Assembly (NCBI GenBank): GCA_965658825.1
Contig: CBFHTU010000010.1
Coordinates: 13,866 to 77,865 of the forward strand
Length of the DNA stretch: 64,000 nt
Direction: 5' to 3'
Source of the DNA: Yoonia sp.
GTDB lineage: Bacteria; Pseudomonadota; Alphaproteobacteria; Rhodobacterales; Rhodobacteraceae
The notes below the pieces were generated by a model, which was given only the letters and a program-made list of their open reading frames with translations, did not search any database and had not been told where the DNA came from. Each line of letters begins with the position of its first letter. The first letter of the stretch is position 1. Made by a program: the position numbers and the translations under genes. Positions 49,698-58,870 of the stretch are shown here, one piece after another.

Positions 49698-50126
49698 TCA
49701 CGCTGTTGGTCCCTCCTTATGAGGTACGTGACCTGTCCACGCACTATGGCCGCGCGCATTCAAGATCGCGGTCATGCGCCATGTGCCATCAACATTGGAC
49801 ACCAGCGCCGTAGACGTAAACGGCTCTGTCGCGCGTTGTCCGTGGCTGAGAAGTTCAGTGCGGTAGGTGCACATGACGGTGCCATCCTCGCAGTGTTCAA
49901 GCGAAAGCGGAGTCCGATGGACCAGATCAAGTTTCATCGTGTGGCAGGCTGTCAGATAAAGGTCGAAATCCGCCTTCAGGTCCGCGAGCGTATACGACAC
50001 GATCGGGCCATCCTTCGTGACGACGGAGAATGGCAAAAGAACACGGTCCGCCCATGGCTGAAAATCCCCGGAGATAAAACACTCGGAAATATCAGTTAGG
50101 AACGCATCGAACTCCTTTTGTGTCAT
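49698..50126 (-). CDS. hypothetical protein, paralog B of a tandem pair (possibly NTF2-like fold)
   Basis: MTQKEFDAFLTDISECFISGDFQPW.... The start overlaps the thiolase stop by 1 nt (TAATG). 142 aa. Confidence 0.6.
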   Translation of the reverse strand: MTQKEFDAFLTDISECFISGDFQPWADRVLLPFSVVTKDGPIVSYTLADLKADFDLYLTACHTMKLDLVHRTPLSLEHCEDGTVMCTYRTELLSHGQRATEPFTSTALVSNVDGTWRMTAILNARGHSAWTGHVPHKEGPTA

Positions 50127-51337
50127 TAGACCCTCTCGATAATCGTCGCAGCACCCATGCCAGAAGCAATACACAATGTGGCAAGGCCCGTGCCCTTGCC
50201 CGTGCGCTCCAACTCGTCGAGGAGTGTGCCGATGATGATCGCGCCTGTCGCACCCAAGGGGTGGCCCATCGCGATTGATCCGCCGTTCACGTTCACACGG
50301 TCTGCATCCACATTGAACGCCTGCATGAAGCGCAACACGACAGAGGCAAAGGCCTCGTTGACCTCGAACAGATCAATATCGGAAATCGCCATGCCGCTGT
50401 CATGCAGGATCTTTTCGGTCACGGGCACGGGGCCTGTCAGCATGATCGTGGGATCGGTGCCGATTTTCGCCGTCGCGCGGATCACTGCGCGTGGCTTCAG
50501 GCCCATCGCCTCGCCCCATTCCTTAGAGCCGATCAAGACGCCAGCCGCCCCGTCCACAATCCCCGAAGAGTTGCCCGCGTGGTGGATGTGGTTTACCTTC
50601 TCAAGGTGCGGATATTTCATCAGCGCGACCTTATCAAAGCCGGGCATGACCTCGCCCATCGCTTGGAACGCAGGGTTGAGCGCGCCAAGCGACTGCATGT
50701 CGGTCTGCGGGCGCATGTATTCATCACGGTCCAGAATGGTCAGGCCGTTGATGTCGGTCACAGGCACGATGGACTTGGCGAAACGGTTGTCCGCCCAAGC
50801 TGCTGCCGCACGCTTCTGGCTCTCGACGGCCAATTGATCGGCTTGCTCGCGGGTAAAGCCGTATTCGGTGGCGATGATGTCCGCAGAAATGCCCTGCGGG
50901 ACAAAATAGGTCTCCATCGCGATGGAGGGATCAACCGCAATCGCCGCCCCGTCAGAGCCCATTGGCACGCGGCCCATCATCTCGACGCCGCCCGCGATAT
51001 AGGCACCACCGGCACCGCCTTTGACTTGGTTCGCGGCGAGGTTCACTGCCTCCATCCCAGAGGCGCAAAAGCGGTTGATCGCGAGACCTGGGATCGACTG
51101 ATCAAGGTTTGACGCCAAAACAGCCGTGCGCGCCAGACAGCCGCCTTGTTCGCCCACTTGGGTCACATTGCCCCAAATCACATCCTCGACAGCGTGGCCT
51201 TCAAGGTTGTTGCGTGATTTCAACGCGTTCAGCATGCCAGCCGACAGGCGGGCAGAGGTCACCTCGTGCAGGCTACCGTCAGCGCGGCCCTTGCCACGCG
51301 GCGTGCGCACTGCGTCAAAAATATAAGCTTCGGTCAT
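50126..51337 (-). CDS. fadA: acetyl-CoA C-acyltransferase (thiolase)
   Basis: NRFCASGMEA (active-site Cys) and HHAGNSSGIVDGAA. 403 aa. Confidence 0.95.
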   Translation of the reverse strand: MTEAYIFDAVRTPRGKGRADGSLHEVTSARLSAGMLNALKSRNNLEGHAVEDVIWGNVTQVGEQGGCLARTAVLASNLDQSIPGLAINRFCASGMEAVNLAANQVKGGAGGAYIAGGVEMMGRVPMGSDGAAIAVDPSIAMETYFVPQGISADIIATEYGFTREQADQLAVESQKRAAAAWADNRFAKSIVPVTDINGLTILDRDEYMRPQTDMQSLGALNPAFQAMGEVMPGFDKVALMKYPHLEKVNHIHHAGNSSGIVDGAAGVLIGSKEWGEAMGLKPRAVIRATAKIGTDPTIMLTGPVPVTEKILHDSGMAISDIDLFEVNEAFASVVLRFMQAFNVDADRVNVNGGSIAMGHPLGATGAIIIGTLLDELERTGKGTGLATLCIASGMGAATIIERV

Positions 51338-51349
51338 TCGTTGTCTCCT

Positions 51350-51994
51350 TCAGGCGCGATCGGCAGGTGAGCCGGGCATCAAATTATAAGGGTGTTTCCA
51401 ACCGGGGGTCGCGGCAATAGCGTCCAGCCAGCGGTTGATATGGGGGTAATCGGCACGGTCAAATGTGAACGGCTCAGGGTAATAGAGATAGCCTGCACAA
51501 GCGATATCGGCGATGGTCAGCTCAGGCCCTGCCAAGAACGGGGTCTCGGCCAATTGGGTTTCCATGATCTTTAACGCCGCTGCGAGGCGCATCGACAAAA
51601 AGCCGATGACATCGGCGTTGCGCTTTGCTTCGGGCAGGAAGTTCATCTGAAATCGCAGCATGCCTGCGACGCCGGAAACCTTGTGATTGTCAAAAAACAT
51701 CCAGCGCAATACTTCGCGGCGCTCGGCGGCGGATTTGCCGCCCAGTTTGCCCGATTTGGAACTGATGTAATCCTGAATGACGCCCGACTGGGTCAGAACC
51801 AGATCGCCGTCTTCCAATACGGGCACTTCGCCCATGACGTTCAACGCGCGGAATGCCTCGCTGCGGGTCTCACCGTTGAAGAAATCGACAAAGACGGGCT
51901 CCCACTCCTGATCGGCGAGCGTCAATGTTAGCGCGGCCTTGTACGCGTTTCCACTTTCGCCAAAGCAATGCAGCTTCATGGTCATGTCGAACAT
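51350..51994 (-). CDS. glutathione S-transferase family protein
   Basis: 214 aa. N-terminal thioredoxin-like domain (VPVLEDGDLVLTQSGVI) and a helical C-terminal domain. GGGAGGA RBS. Confidence 0.9.
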   Translation of the reverse strand: MFDMTMKLHCFGESGNAYKAALTLTLADQEWEPVFVDFFNGETRSEAFRALNVMGEVPVLEDGDLVLTQSGVIQDYISSKSGKLGGKSAAERREVLRWMFFDNHKVSGVAGMLRFQMNFLPEAKRNADVIGFLSMRLAAALKIMETQLAETPFLAGPELTIADIACAGYLYYPEPFTFDRADYPHINRWLDAIAATPGWKHPYNLMPGSPADRA

Positions 51995-52033
51995 CCTCCC
52001 AGATGGTGCGCCATTTTGCAGGCGTCGGGTTTT

Positions 52034-52212
52034 GAGTATTTCAAAAAAGCGAGGCTAAGGACTGCGCTATCAACTCTTACTTAATCACGATGCGTAAATC
52101 TTTTAGTGCGGTTCAGGCTGGAGAGCCGATGGCCGTAAAAAGCGAGGCTCCGGCAAATGAAGGGGAACCTCCTTGTTTGTCGGGCCTTTTCCCTCGCCTT
52201 TTTTAAATACTC
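52034..52212. repeat. AT-rich element bounded by 21-nt imperfect inverted repeats, with an internal third motif copy
   Basis: The left arm GAGTATTTCAAAAAAGCGAGG (52034-54) matches the reverse complement of the right arm CCTCGCCTTTTTTAAATACTC (52192-212) at 19 of 21 positions. AAAAAGCGAGGCT recurs as a direct copy at 52044-56 and 52137-49. Confidence 0.75.
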
Positions 52213-52217
52213 ATCTT

Positions 52218-52430
52218 TCACCGCTTGCGGGCCTCCAACTCGTTTTGAAACATCCGTAACCTCTGGCCAAATGTGTCCTCATTGATCACCGAATTGAAAT
52301 TCTCGAACAAAAACGACAAGGCCTCGCCTTCCTCCAGTTTGCTATCCGCAGCAAAGCGCTTGAGCCTGCGATAGCCGTCCTCCGTCATGGCGACGGGGAA
52401 ACGGCGGGTTAGTCTCAGGCGCTTTGGCAT
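52218..52430 (-). CDS. hypothetical small protein, possibly ribbon-helix-helix
   Basis: 70 aa. Basic N-terminus, then a strand-helix-helix pattern (RRFPVAMTEDGYRRLKRFAADSKLEEGEALSFLFENF). Weak RBS. Confidence 0.5.
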   Translation of the reverse strand: MPKRLRLTRRFPVAMTEDGYRRLKRFAADSKLEEGEALSFLFENFNSVINEDTFGQRLRMFQNELEARKR

Positions 52431-52450
52431 GTTCGGTCCAGTCTTTCGTG

Positions 52451-52469
52451 GGATGGGTTTTAACCCATC
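52451..52469. repeat. palindromic element GGATGGGTTTTAACCCATC, copy 2
   Basis: Exact 19-nt match to 27506..27524. It lies 6 nt after the acyl-CoA dehydrogenase stop codon (minus strand). Confidence 0.85.
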
Positions 52470-52475
52470 ATGGGC

Positions 52476-54254
52476 TTAGAACTGGTCAGCGTCGAGAGCC
52501 ATGACCGTATCGGCACCCGTATTAATCCGCGCCAAATGCATCGCGGTCGCGGGCAACTGGCGGGCCATATAGTAGCGGCCCGTGGCGATTTTGGTCTCAT
52601 AAAACGCGGTGTCAGAGGCGCCAGCCTCCAAAGCGTCCATCGCAGCCTTGCCCATCCGTGCCCACATCAAGCCAAGGCAGACATGCCCCATCATGTGCAT
52701 GAAGTCATAAGAGCCCGCCAAGGCGTTGTTGGGGTTCTTCATGCCGTTTTGCATGAAATACATGCCTGCTGCCTGCAAATCCTTCGACGCGGCTTTCAAC
52801 GGCTCTAGGAAATCAGCCTTCAAGGCCGCATTGCCCTCGTTCTCTTTGATGAATGTCTTCACCATCTCGAAGAACGCTATCACATGCTTGCCGCCGTCTT
52901 GCGCGAGCTTGCGGCCCACCAGGTCAAGCGCCTGTACGCCGTTGGCCCCCTCATAGATCATTGCGATCCGCGCATCGCGGGCGAATTGGGACATGCCCCA
53001 TTCTTCGATATAGCCGTGACCGCCGTACACCTGCTGGGCTGCAACGGCGTATTCAAAGCCCTTGTCGGTCAAGAAACCCTTGATCACAGGCGTCATCAGC
53101 GAAACCAGACCATCGGCCTCGGCGTCCTTGTTCTTATGGGCGCGGTCGATCAGGTTCGCGCCCCACATCGTGAACGCACGGGCGCCCTCAACAAACGACT
53201 TCTGGTCCATCAGGTTGCGACGGATATCGGGGTGCACGATCAGCGGATCGGCGGGACCGTCCGGATTCTCGGCACCAGTCACAGCGCGGCCCTGAAGGCG
53301 GTCATTGGCGTAAAACACAGCGTTTTGATACGCAGCCTCGGCTTGGGCATAGCCCTGCAGGCCCACGCCCAAACGCGCCTCGTTCATCATCACGAACATC
53401 GCGCGCATGCCCTTGTGCTCTTCGCCCAAAAGCACCCCTTCGGCCTCGTCATAGTTCATCACGCAGGTCGCATTGCCGTGGATACCCATCTTTTCTTCGA
53501 TCTTGCCGACCGACACACCATTGCGCTCGCCAAGCGAGCCATCCTCGTTGATCTTGATCTTGGGCACGATGAACAGGGATACGCCCTTAATCCCCTCAGG
53601 CCCACCCGGAATCTTCGCCAGAACAAGGTGGATAATGTTGTCGGCCATGTCGTGGTCGCCCGCCGAGATGAAAATCTTCTGGCCGGAAATCTTGTAAGTG
53701 CCGTCGCCATAGGGCACAGCCTTCGTGCGCATCAACCCCAGATCGGTGCCGCAATGCGGTTCGGTCAGGTTCATCGTCCCTGTCCATTCGCAAGTCACCA
53801 TCTTTGGCAGATACTTCTGTTTTTGCTCGTCCGACCCGTGCACGTTGATGGCGGAATAGGCACCATGCGTCAGGCCCTGATACATGTTGAACGCCATGTT
53901 GGCCGAGACAGACGGCTCAAGTGCTGCCATGCTCATCAGATAGGGCAGGCCTTGACCACCATAAGCCTCGTCACAATCCATCGACGTCCAGCCACCCGCG
54001 CGGACCTGATCAAACGCGGCCTTAAACCCCGTCGGCGTACGCACAACGCCATTTTCGAGAGCACAGCCCTCTTTATCGCCAACCGGATTGAGCGGGGCGA
54101 GCACATCAGAGGCGATCTTGCCTGCCTCTTCAATCACGGCGCTGGTAAAGTCGCGGTCCAGATCTGCGTAACCAGCGATATCCTGCTCGGACACCTTGAG
54201 AAGGTCGTGCAACACAAATTGAATGTCTTTCGCGGGGGCATTGTAGATCGGCAT
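52476..54254 (-). CDS. acyl-CoA dehydrogenase (long form with C-terminal extension)
   Basis: 592 aa. Middle and C-terminal ACAD domains ([25 protein letters not shown]). Confidence 0.95.
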   Translation of the reverse strand: MPIYNAPAKDIQFVLHDLLKVSEQDIAGYADLDRDFTSAVIEEAGKIASDVLAPLNPVGDKEGCALENGVVRTPTGFKAAFDQVRAGGWTSMDCDEAYGGQGLPYLMSMAALEPSVSANMAFNMYQGLTHGAYSAINVHGSDEQKQKYLPKMVTCEWTGTMNLTEPHCGTDLGLMRTKAVPYGDGTYKISGQKIFISAGDHDMADNIIHLVLAKIPGGPEGIKGVSLFIVPKIKINEDGSLGERNGVSVGKIEEKMGIHGNATCVMNYDEAEGVLLGEEHKGMRAMFVMMNEARLGVGLQGYAQAEAAYQNAVFYANDRLQGRAVTGAENPDGPADPLIVHPDIRRNLMDQKSFVEGARAFTMWGANLIDRAHKNKDAEADGLVSLMTPVIKGFLTDKGFEYAVAAQQVYGGHGYIEEWGMSQFARDARIAMIYEGANGVQALDLVGRKLAQDGGKHVIAFFEMVKTFIKENEGNAALKADFLEPLKAASKDLQAAGMYFMQNGMKNPNNALAGSYDFMHMMGHVCLGLMWARMGKAAMDALEAGASDTAFYETKIATGRYYMARQLPATAMHLARINTGADTVMALDADQF

Positions 54255-54291
54255 ATCAGGTCTCTCTCATCGGTTGTGGCCTTGGGGCAGG

Positions 54292-54678
54292 CTATTTTGT
54301 CTCAAGTGACGCCAGTTTGTCGGCGCCCCATTTCATCTGCTCTTTCAACTCGCCAATCGCTTCTTCGAGCTCTTGCTTTTGCGCTTCCATATCGGCGAGG
54401 TGACGCGCGGCGGTTTCCAAGGTCTTGGAAAGTTGGGTCATCTGGCTGTCGCCCATGTGATACAGGTCAAGCAGCTGGCGGATTTCTTCGAGGCTAAATC
54501 CAAAACGCTTGCCGCGCAGGATCAGTTTCAGACGCGCGCGGTCGCGCTTGGTAAACAGACGTCGCTGACCCTCGCGGATCGGGAACAAAAGCTCCTTGGC
54601 CTCGTAAAACCGCAAGGTGCGCGGCGTTACATCAAAGGCGGCGCACATGTCGCGGATGTTCATCGTATCGGTTGTCAT
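54292..54678 (-). CDS. MerR family transcriptional regulator (LiuR-like)
   Basis: NIRDMCAAFDVTPRTLRFYEAKELLFP HTH and a coiled-coil C-terminus. The ATG at 54663 is an alternative start. Confidence 0.85.
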   Translation of the reverse strand: MTTDTMNIRDMCAAFDVTPRTLRFYEAKELLFPIREGQRRLFTKRDRARLKLILRGKRFGFSLEEIRQLLDLYHMGDSQMTQLSKTLETAARHLADMEAQKQELEEAIGELKEQMKWGADKLASLETK

Positions 54679-54749
54679 AACTCTTTTCCCATTCATGTCT
54701 GGCGTGATCCCAAACACTTGCGAGGTCAGGTATCACCATACAAGCTTAA

Positions 54750-54779
54750 TTGACGTTAACGTAATGATACGTCACGTCA
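54750..54779. promoter_or_regulatory. ACGT-rich dyad cluster (candidate MerR/LiuR-type operator)
   Basis: TTGACGTTAACGTAAT has a perfect ACGTTAACGT core and is followed by ACGTCACGT, giving four ACGT cores in 29 nt. About 75 nt upstream of the first MerR gene. Confidence 0.4.
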
Positions 54780-54912
54780 TTTTAAAGCTGACGAAAGGTC
54801 AGCAAAGTTTACGCAGGGTTATGCGCAATAATTGGAAAATGGAATCTGCCCGAAAATGACATTTTTAGCGTGAAATTCCCCGTAAAAGTGGAGTTTACGC
54901 TATGAGTGCACG

Positions 54913-55281
54913 TTAGAGCAATTGTGTTTTGGTCTGGTCGCGCAGGGCTGTCAGTTCGGCCAAAGTCTCTTCAAGCTGCTTTTTCTGCTCGACCAATTCG
55001 ACAATTTGTTTGTCGGCAAGTGCGATCCACTGCTTCATTTGGGCCGCGGTGCCTTCGTGTTCATAGATCAAAAGCCACTGGCGAATGTCTTCCAAAGCGA
55101 ATCCGAAACGACGTCCGCGCAGGATCAGGGTCATGCGTGCGGTCTCGCGCGCGCTATAGAACCGTGCGCGGCCTTCCTTCTCGGGGGTTAACAGTTCGAT
55201 ATACTCGTAATAGCGCAACGTGCGCGGTGTGACGTCAAATTTGGCGCACATCTCTTTGAAGGAAAGGCGGGTTGCAGTCAT
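54913..55281 (-). CDS. MerR family transcriptional regulator (second LiuR-like paralog)
   Basis: AGGAG-N7-ATG at 55281. SFKEMCAKFDVTPRTLRYYEYIELLTP HTH. 122 aa. Confidence 0.85.
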   Translation of the reverse strand: MTATRLSFKEMCAKFDVTPRTLRYYEYIELLTPEKEGRARFYSARETARMTLILRGRRFGFALEDIRQWLLIYEHEGTAAQMKQWIALADKQIVELVEQKKQLEETLAELTALRDQTKTQLL

Positions 55282-55337
55282 AGGCGGGCTCCTCATGCGC
55301 GTAATATAGAGGGCCGCCCATGTTGGAGCAACTTAGT

Positions 55338-56477
55338 TTAATTTAAGAAGTCAGGCGCAAAAAAGTAGAACCCGTAGGCCATGATCATCGCAGGAATTGT
55401 TGAATAGATCGTCGCCCAGAGCGCCGCCTTCGGGTTCAGCGCAATCGCAGGAAACAGTGCGTCGCCGTCATTCGAGATAGCATTGCCCATCAGCGCGGCA
55501 AAGGGGACCAGCCCGTTGATATAAAGTGTCGTTACCACAACCTGCGGCCCACATCCGGGAACAAGGCCGATCAAGACGCCGATCAAGGGCAACAGGGGGG
55601 CCACGGTCTTAAACATCGCTTCAAGGTCAAGACCGGCAAATGCGACGATATAATCGTAGGCGAGGTATGCCGCGATAACCCAGACAAGGATAAAGGCCGT
55701 TTCTTCGGCCATCCGCGTCACGGGGCTGTCGGATGCATTTGTCATCGCCTGCACCGTCGAGACGGTCCAGATCGCGAGACTGACGGCGACACCGGAAAGG
55801 CCGATATATGTGGGCAAATCGCCCCAGACTTCATAGACGTCAGCGCCCGTCAGCTGGGTGATCCCGATCACCAGACCGGGCACAAAGATTGCCAATGCAG
55901 TATAATCACGCTTGCGGCTCTGGCCGATGAGAGGGGCGAGGTCACAGGTGCCGGTGGGCGTGCCAAGGTAGGGCGTGCGCGATAAGGCATCGACAATGTA
56001 GCCAGACAGAATGCCCACGCCAAAGCTGAGCGGCAGGACAACAAGTGCGACGTCCGGTCGGGTCGCAATCAACAAGAAAGCGGCGTCACCCATCGTGGCC
56101 GTTAGGGCCGCGACAACCGCGCCAAATCCCACATTGCCCGATGAATAGGCCGCAACCACGATCACTGCACCGCCGCAGCCCGGAGTGGCGCCCAAAAGCG
56201 AGGAAAGCGGGACCTGCCAGAGTTTTGCACTCTTGAGAGTGTCTCCGATGTCGAATTTGAAAAGCTTCTCTGCGCCATAAAACAGCAGGAACGTCGCCGA
56301 GACAAAGACGGCGACCTGCGTATAGGCATCCACCATCAAGCCGCGCGTCAGCTCTCCCAAGCCGCCCGGAAACGCTGCAAGCACAAGCAATGCCAAGGCG
56401 ACGGCCAACCGCTTCGGGCGGAAGGGTCCGATGCGGTGCACATCTTGATATACTTTGACGTGGGCCGTGGCATCCAT
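55338..56477 (-). CDS. polytopic membrane protein, putative metal transporter (ArsP_2 / putative manganese transporter-like)
   Basis: About 10 TM segments with two PGCG motifs (ATPGCGGAVIVV, LVPGCGPQVVV). Family assignment is from memory of that signature. Start at ATG 56477. Confidence 0.65.
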   Translation of the reverse strand: MDATAHVKVYQDVHRIGPFRPKRLAVALALLVLAAFPGGLGELTRGLMVDAYTQVAVFVSATFLLFYGAEKLFKFDIGDTLKSAKLWQVPLSSLLGATPGCGGAVIVVAAYSSGNVGFGAVVAALTATMGDAAFLLIATRPDVALVVLPLSFGVGILSGYIVDALSRTPYLGTPTGTCDLAPLIGQSRKRDYTALAIFVPGLVIGITQLTGADVYEVWGDLPTYIGLSGVAVSLAIWTVSTVQAMTNASDSPVTRMAEETAFILVWVIAAYLAYDYIVAFAGLDLEAMFKTVAPLLPLIGVLIGLVPGCGPQVVVTTLYINGLVPFAALMGNAISNDGDALFPAIALNPKAALWATIYSTIPAMIMAYGFYFFAPDFLN

Positions 56478-56574
56478 GTATCGCGTCCTGTTGAGAATAG
56501 TTCTTAATTGCAGATATAGCACTTGCAACCCGCCAGACAAGTGGCAAGTTGCCCCGACATAATCGGAGTGTCGC

Positions 56575-57018
56575 ATGTCTCAAGAGATCAAAGCCCGCCA
56601 AGAGCTCATTGCACGTAAATTCATTGAGGCGATCCCGCATGCGCGCGCGCTGGGCATGCAGCTGACCGAGATCGGCGATGGTCGGGCGACGATCACGATG
56701 GATTATGATCCGCGCCTCATCGGCGACCCTGAAACGGGCGTCATTCACGGCGGGGCGGTGTCGGCTCTGATGGACACCTGTTCAGGGGCGGCTGTCATGG
56801 CCCACCCCTCAGGCCCGCTGGGCACCGCGACGATTGACCTGCGTATCGACTACATGCGCTCAGCCAAACCAGGGGATATGATCAAGGCAACCGCCGAATG
56901 CTATCATGTGACCCGCTCTGTGGCATTTATTCGGGCAACGGCCACAGACGCGGACACATCGCGGCCCGTTGCTACCGCAACAGGGGCCTTCACCATAGAG
57001 ACCGGAGGGCTGAAGTAA
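56575..57018 (+). CDS. PaaI family (hotdog) thioesterase
   Basis: 147 aa. [16 protein letters not shown] motif. Confidence 0.85.
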   Translation: MSQEIKARQELIARKFIEAIPHARALGMQLTEIGDGRATITMDYDPRLIGDPETGVIHGGAVSALMDTCSGAAVMAHPSGPLGTATIDLRIDYMRSAKPGDMIKATAECYHVTRSVAFIRATATDADTSRPVATATGAFTIETGGLK

Positions 57019-57518
57019 TGGCCAAACGTCCAGAGCCTGTGCAGGTCGTCAAGCAACGCCGTGACGCGGCCCTCCAAGGCCTCGTGGCCCGCGTTCCTTA
57101 TATCCGGTTCTTGGGCATTCAGTTCGAGCGCCACGGCGACGAACTTACGGCTGTTCTGCCCTTCAAGGAAGAGAATGTCGGCAACCCGATTCTGCCCGCT
57201 CTGCACGGCGGGGTCACTGCTGCCTTCATGGAGGTCGCCGCAATCATCGAATTGACATGGTCCATGACGTGGGAAGAGATGGAAGCCGGCAAGCCCATCG
57301 AGGATTTGGGCACGATCCTCTTGCCGAAAACGATCGACTTTACAGTAGATTACCTGCGATCGGGCCTGCCACGCGACGCCTATGCCCGCGCAAGGGTCAA
57401 CCGCGTCGGGCGCCGCTACGCCTCGGTGCATGTCGAAGGCTGGCAAGACAACCGCAGCCGGATGTTCGCGCAAGCGACAGGCCACTTCCTGATGCCTGCG
57501 CGCGATGGCGATGGCTAA
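57018..57518 (+). CDS. PaaI family (hotdog) thioesterase, second paralog
   Basis: TAATG overlap with the previous gene. ILPALHGGVTAAFMEV motif. 166 aa. Confidence 0.8.
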   Translation: MAKRPEPVQVVKQRRDAALQGLVARVPYIRFLGIQFERHGDELTAVLPFKEENVGNPILPALHGGVTAAFMEVAAIIELTWSMTWEEMEAGKPIEDLGTILLPKTIDFTVDYLRSGLPRDAYARARVNRVGRRYASVHVEGWQDNRSRMFAQATGHFLMPARDGDG

Positions 57519-58854
57519 TGCGCTGACCCATAGACGGGTCTTGCAGATCGCACTTCCGATTGTTCTCTCCAACGCGACGGTCCCAATCCTCGGGGTGGTT
57601 GATACAGGTGTCGTGGGCCAGCTTGGACAAGCCGCCCCGATCGGTGCGGTGGGTATCGGTGCGATCATCCTGACGGCGCTTTACTGGATTTTCGGATTCT
57701 TGCGGATGGGCACCGCAGGTCTGACCGCCCAAGCGGCAGGGGCCGAAGACAGCGTTGAAGTCGCGGCCCTCTTGTTGCGGGCCTTGCTCGTTGGATTTGC
57801 CGCAGGGTCCGTCATGGTTCTGGCGCAAATCCCGTTGTTCTGGCTTGCGTTCCAAGTTTCTCCAGCCAGTCCGGAGGTGGAGAGCCTTGCGCGGGAGTAT
57901 ATGCAAATTCGTGTGTGGTCCGCACCTGCCACTATTGCGCTTTACGGGGTGATCGGCTGGCTGATTGCACAAGAGCGCACGCGCGCGGTCTTTGCGATCC
58001 AAGTGCTGATGAACGGGTTGAACATCGGGCTTGATGTGCTTTTTGTACTGCACTTCGACTATGGCGTCGCGGGCGTTGGCTGGGCGACGTTCATTGCGGA
58101 ATGGGGCGGGCTTGCGTTGGGTCTCTGGCTGTGCCGCGATGCGTTTGCGGACCAAGGCTGGCGCGACAAGTCACGGGTGTTTGATTTGCCGCGGCTGCGA
58201 AACATGGCGGTGGTCAATACCGATATTCTGATCCGATCTGTTCTGCTGCAGGCCATTTTTGTGAGCTTTTTGTTTTGGGGGGCAGACTTCGGTGATGTGC
58301 AGCTGGCGGCAAATCAAATCCTGCTGCAATTCCTCAATGTCACCGCCTATGCGCTTGACGGGTTTGCCGCGGCCGCTGAAAGCCTTGTGGGCCAAGCCCT
58401 GGGCGCCAAGAACGTCGCCCGTTTACGGCGAGGCGCGATGTTGACGAGCGGTTGGGGCGCCGCGATTTGCGCAGGGCTTGCGTTGGTTTTCGCGATTGCG
58501 GGGCCAAGCGTAATCGACACGATGACAACAGCGCCCGAGGTGCAAATCACTGCGCGACACTTCTTGCCCTATATGGTCGCCGCGCCCATCGTGGGCGTTG
58601 CAGCATGGATGCTTGACGGCATTTTTATCGGCGCGACGCGGACCCGTGACATGCGCAATATGATGGTTGTGTCGGCTCTGGCTTATTTCGTCGTTGTCGT
58701 GCCGCTGATGTGGCTGTTGGGTAATCACGGGCTTTGGGTTGGGCTTTTGTTCAGCTTCATCGTGCGCGGGGTGACGCTTGGATTGCGATATCCACGCCTC
58801 GAGGCCAGCGCGAAGGCTCCAATTTTTGATACAAAAATTGGGCCCAAATTTTGA
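57505..58854 (+). CDS. MATE family efflux transporter
   Basis: 449 aa, 12 TM. N-terminal RRVLQIALPIVLSNATVPILGVVDT is typical of MATE/DinF-like pumps. Confidence 0.9.
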   Translation: MAMANALTHRRVLQIALPIVLSNATVPILGVVDTGVVGQLGQAAPIGAVGIGAIILTALYWIFGFLRMGTAGLTAQAAGAEDSVEVAALLLRALLVGFAAGSVMVLAQIPLFWLAFQVSPASPEVESLAREYMQIRVWSAPATIALYGVIGWLIAQERTRAVFAIQVLMNGLNIGLDVLFVLHFDYGVAGVGWATFIAEWGGLALGLWLCRDAFADQGWRDKSRVFDLPRLRNMAVVNTDILIRSVLLQAIFVSFLFWGADFGDVQLAANQILLQFLNVTAYALDGFAAAAESLVGQALGAKNVARLRRGAMLTSGWGAAICAGLALVFAIAGPSVIDTMTTAPEVQITARHFLPYMVAAPIVGVAAWMLDGIFIGATRTRDMRNMMVVSALAYFVVVVPLMWLLGNHGLWVGLLFSFIVRGVTLGLRYPRLEASAKAPIFDTKIGPKF

Positions 58855-58870
58855 AACAAAATTTGCAGCC

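Noticed and set aside
52218-52430. RHH-like ORF as the antitoxin of a toxin-antitoxin pair.
   Set aside because: No small toxin-like ORF is adjacent on either side. The flanks are the acyl-CoA dehydrogenase gene and non-coding repeats.
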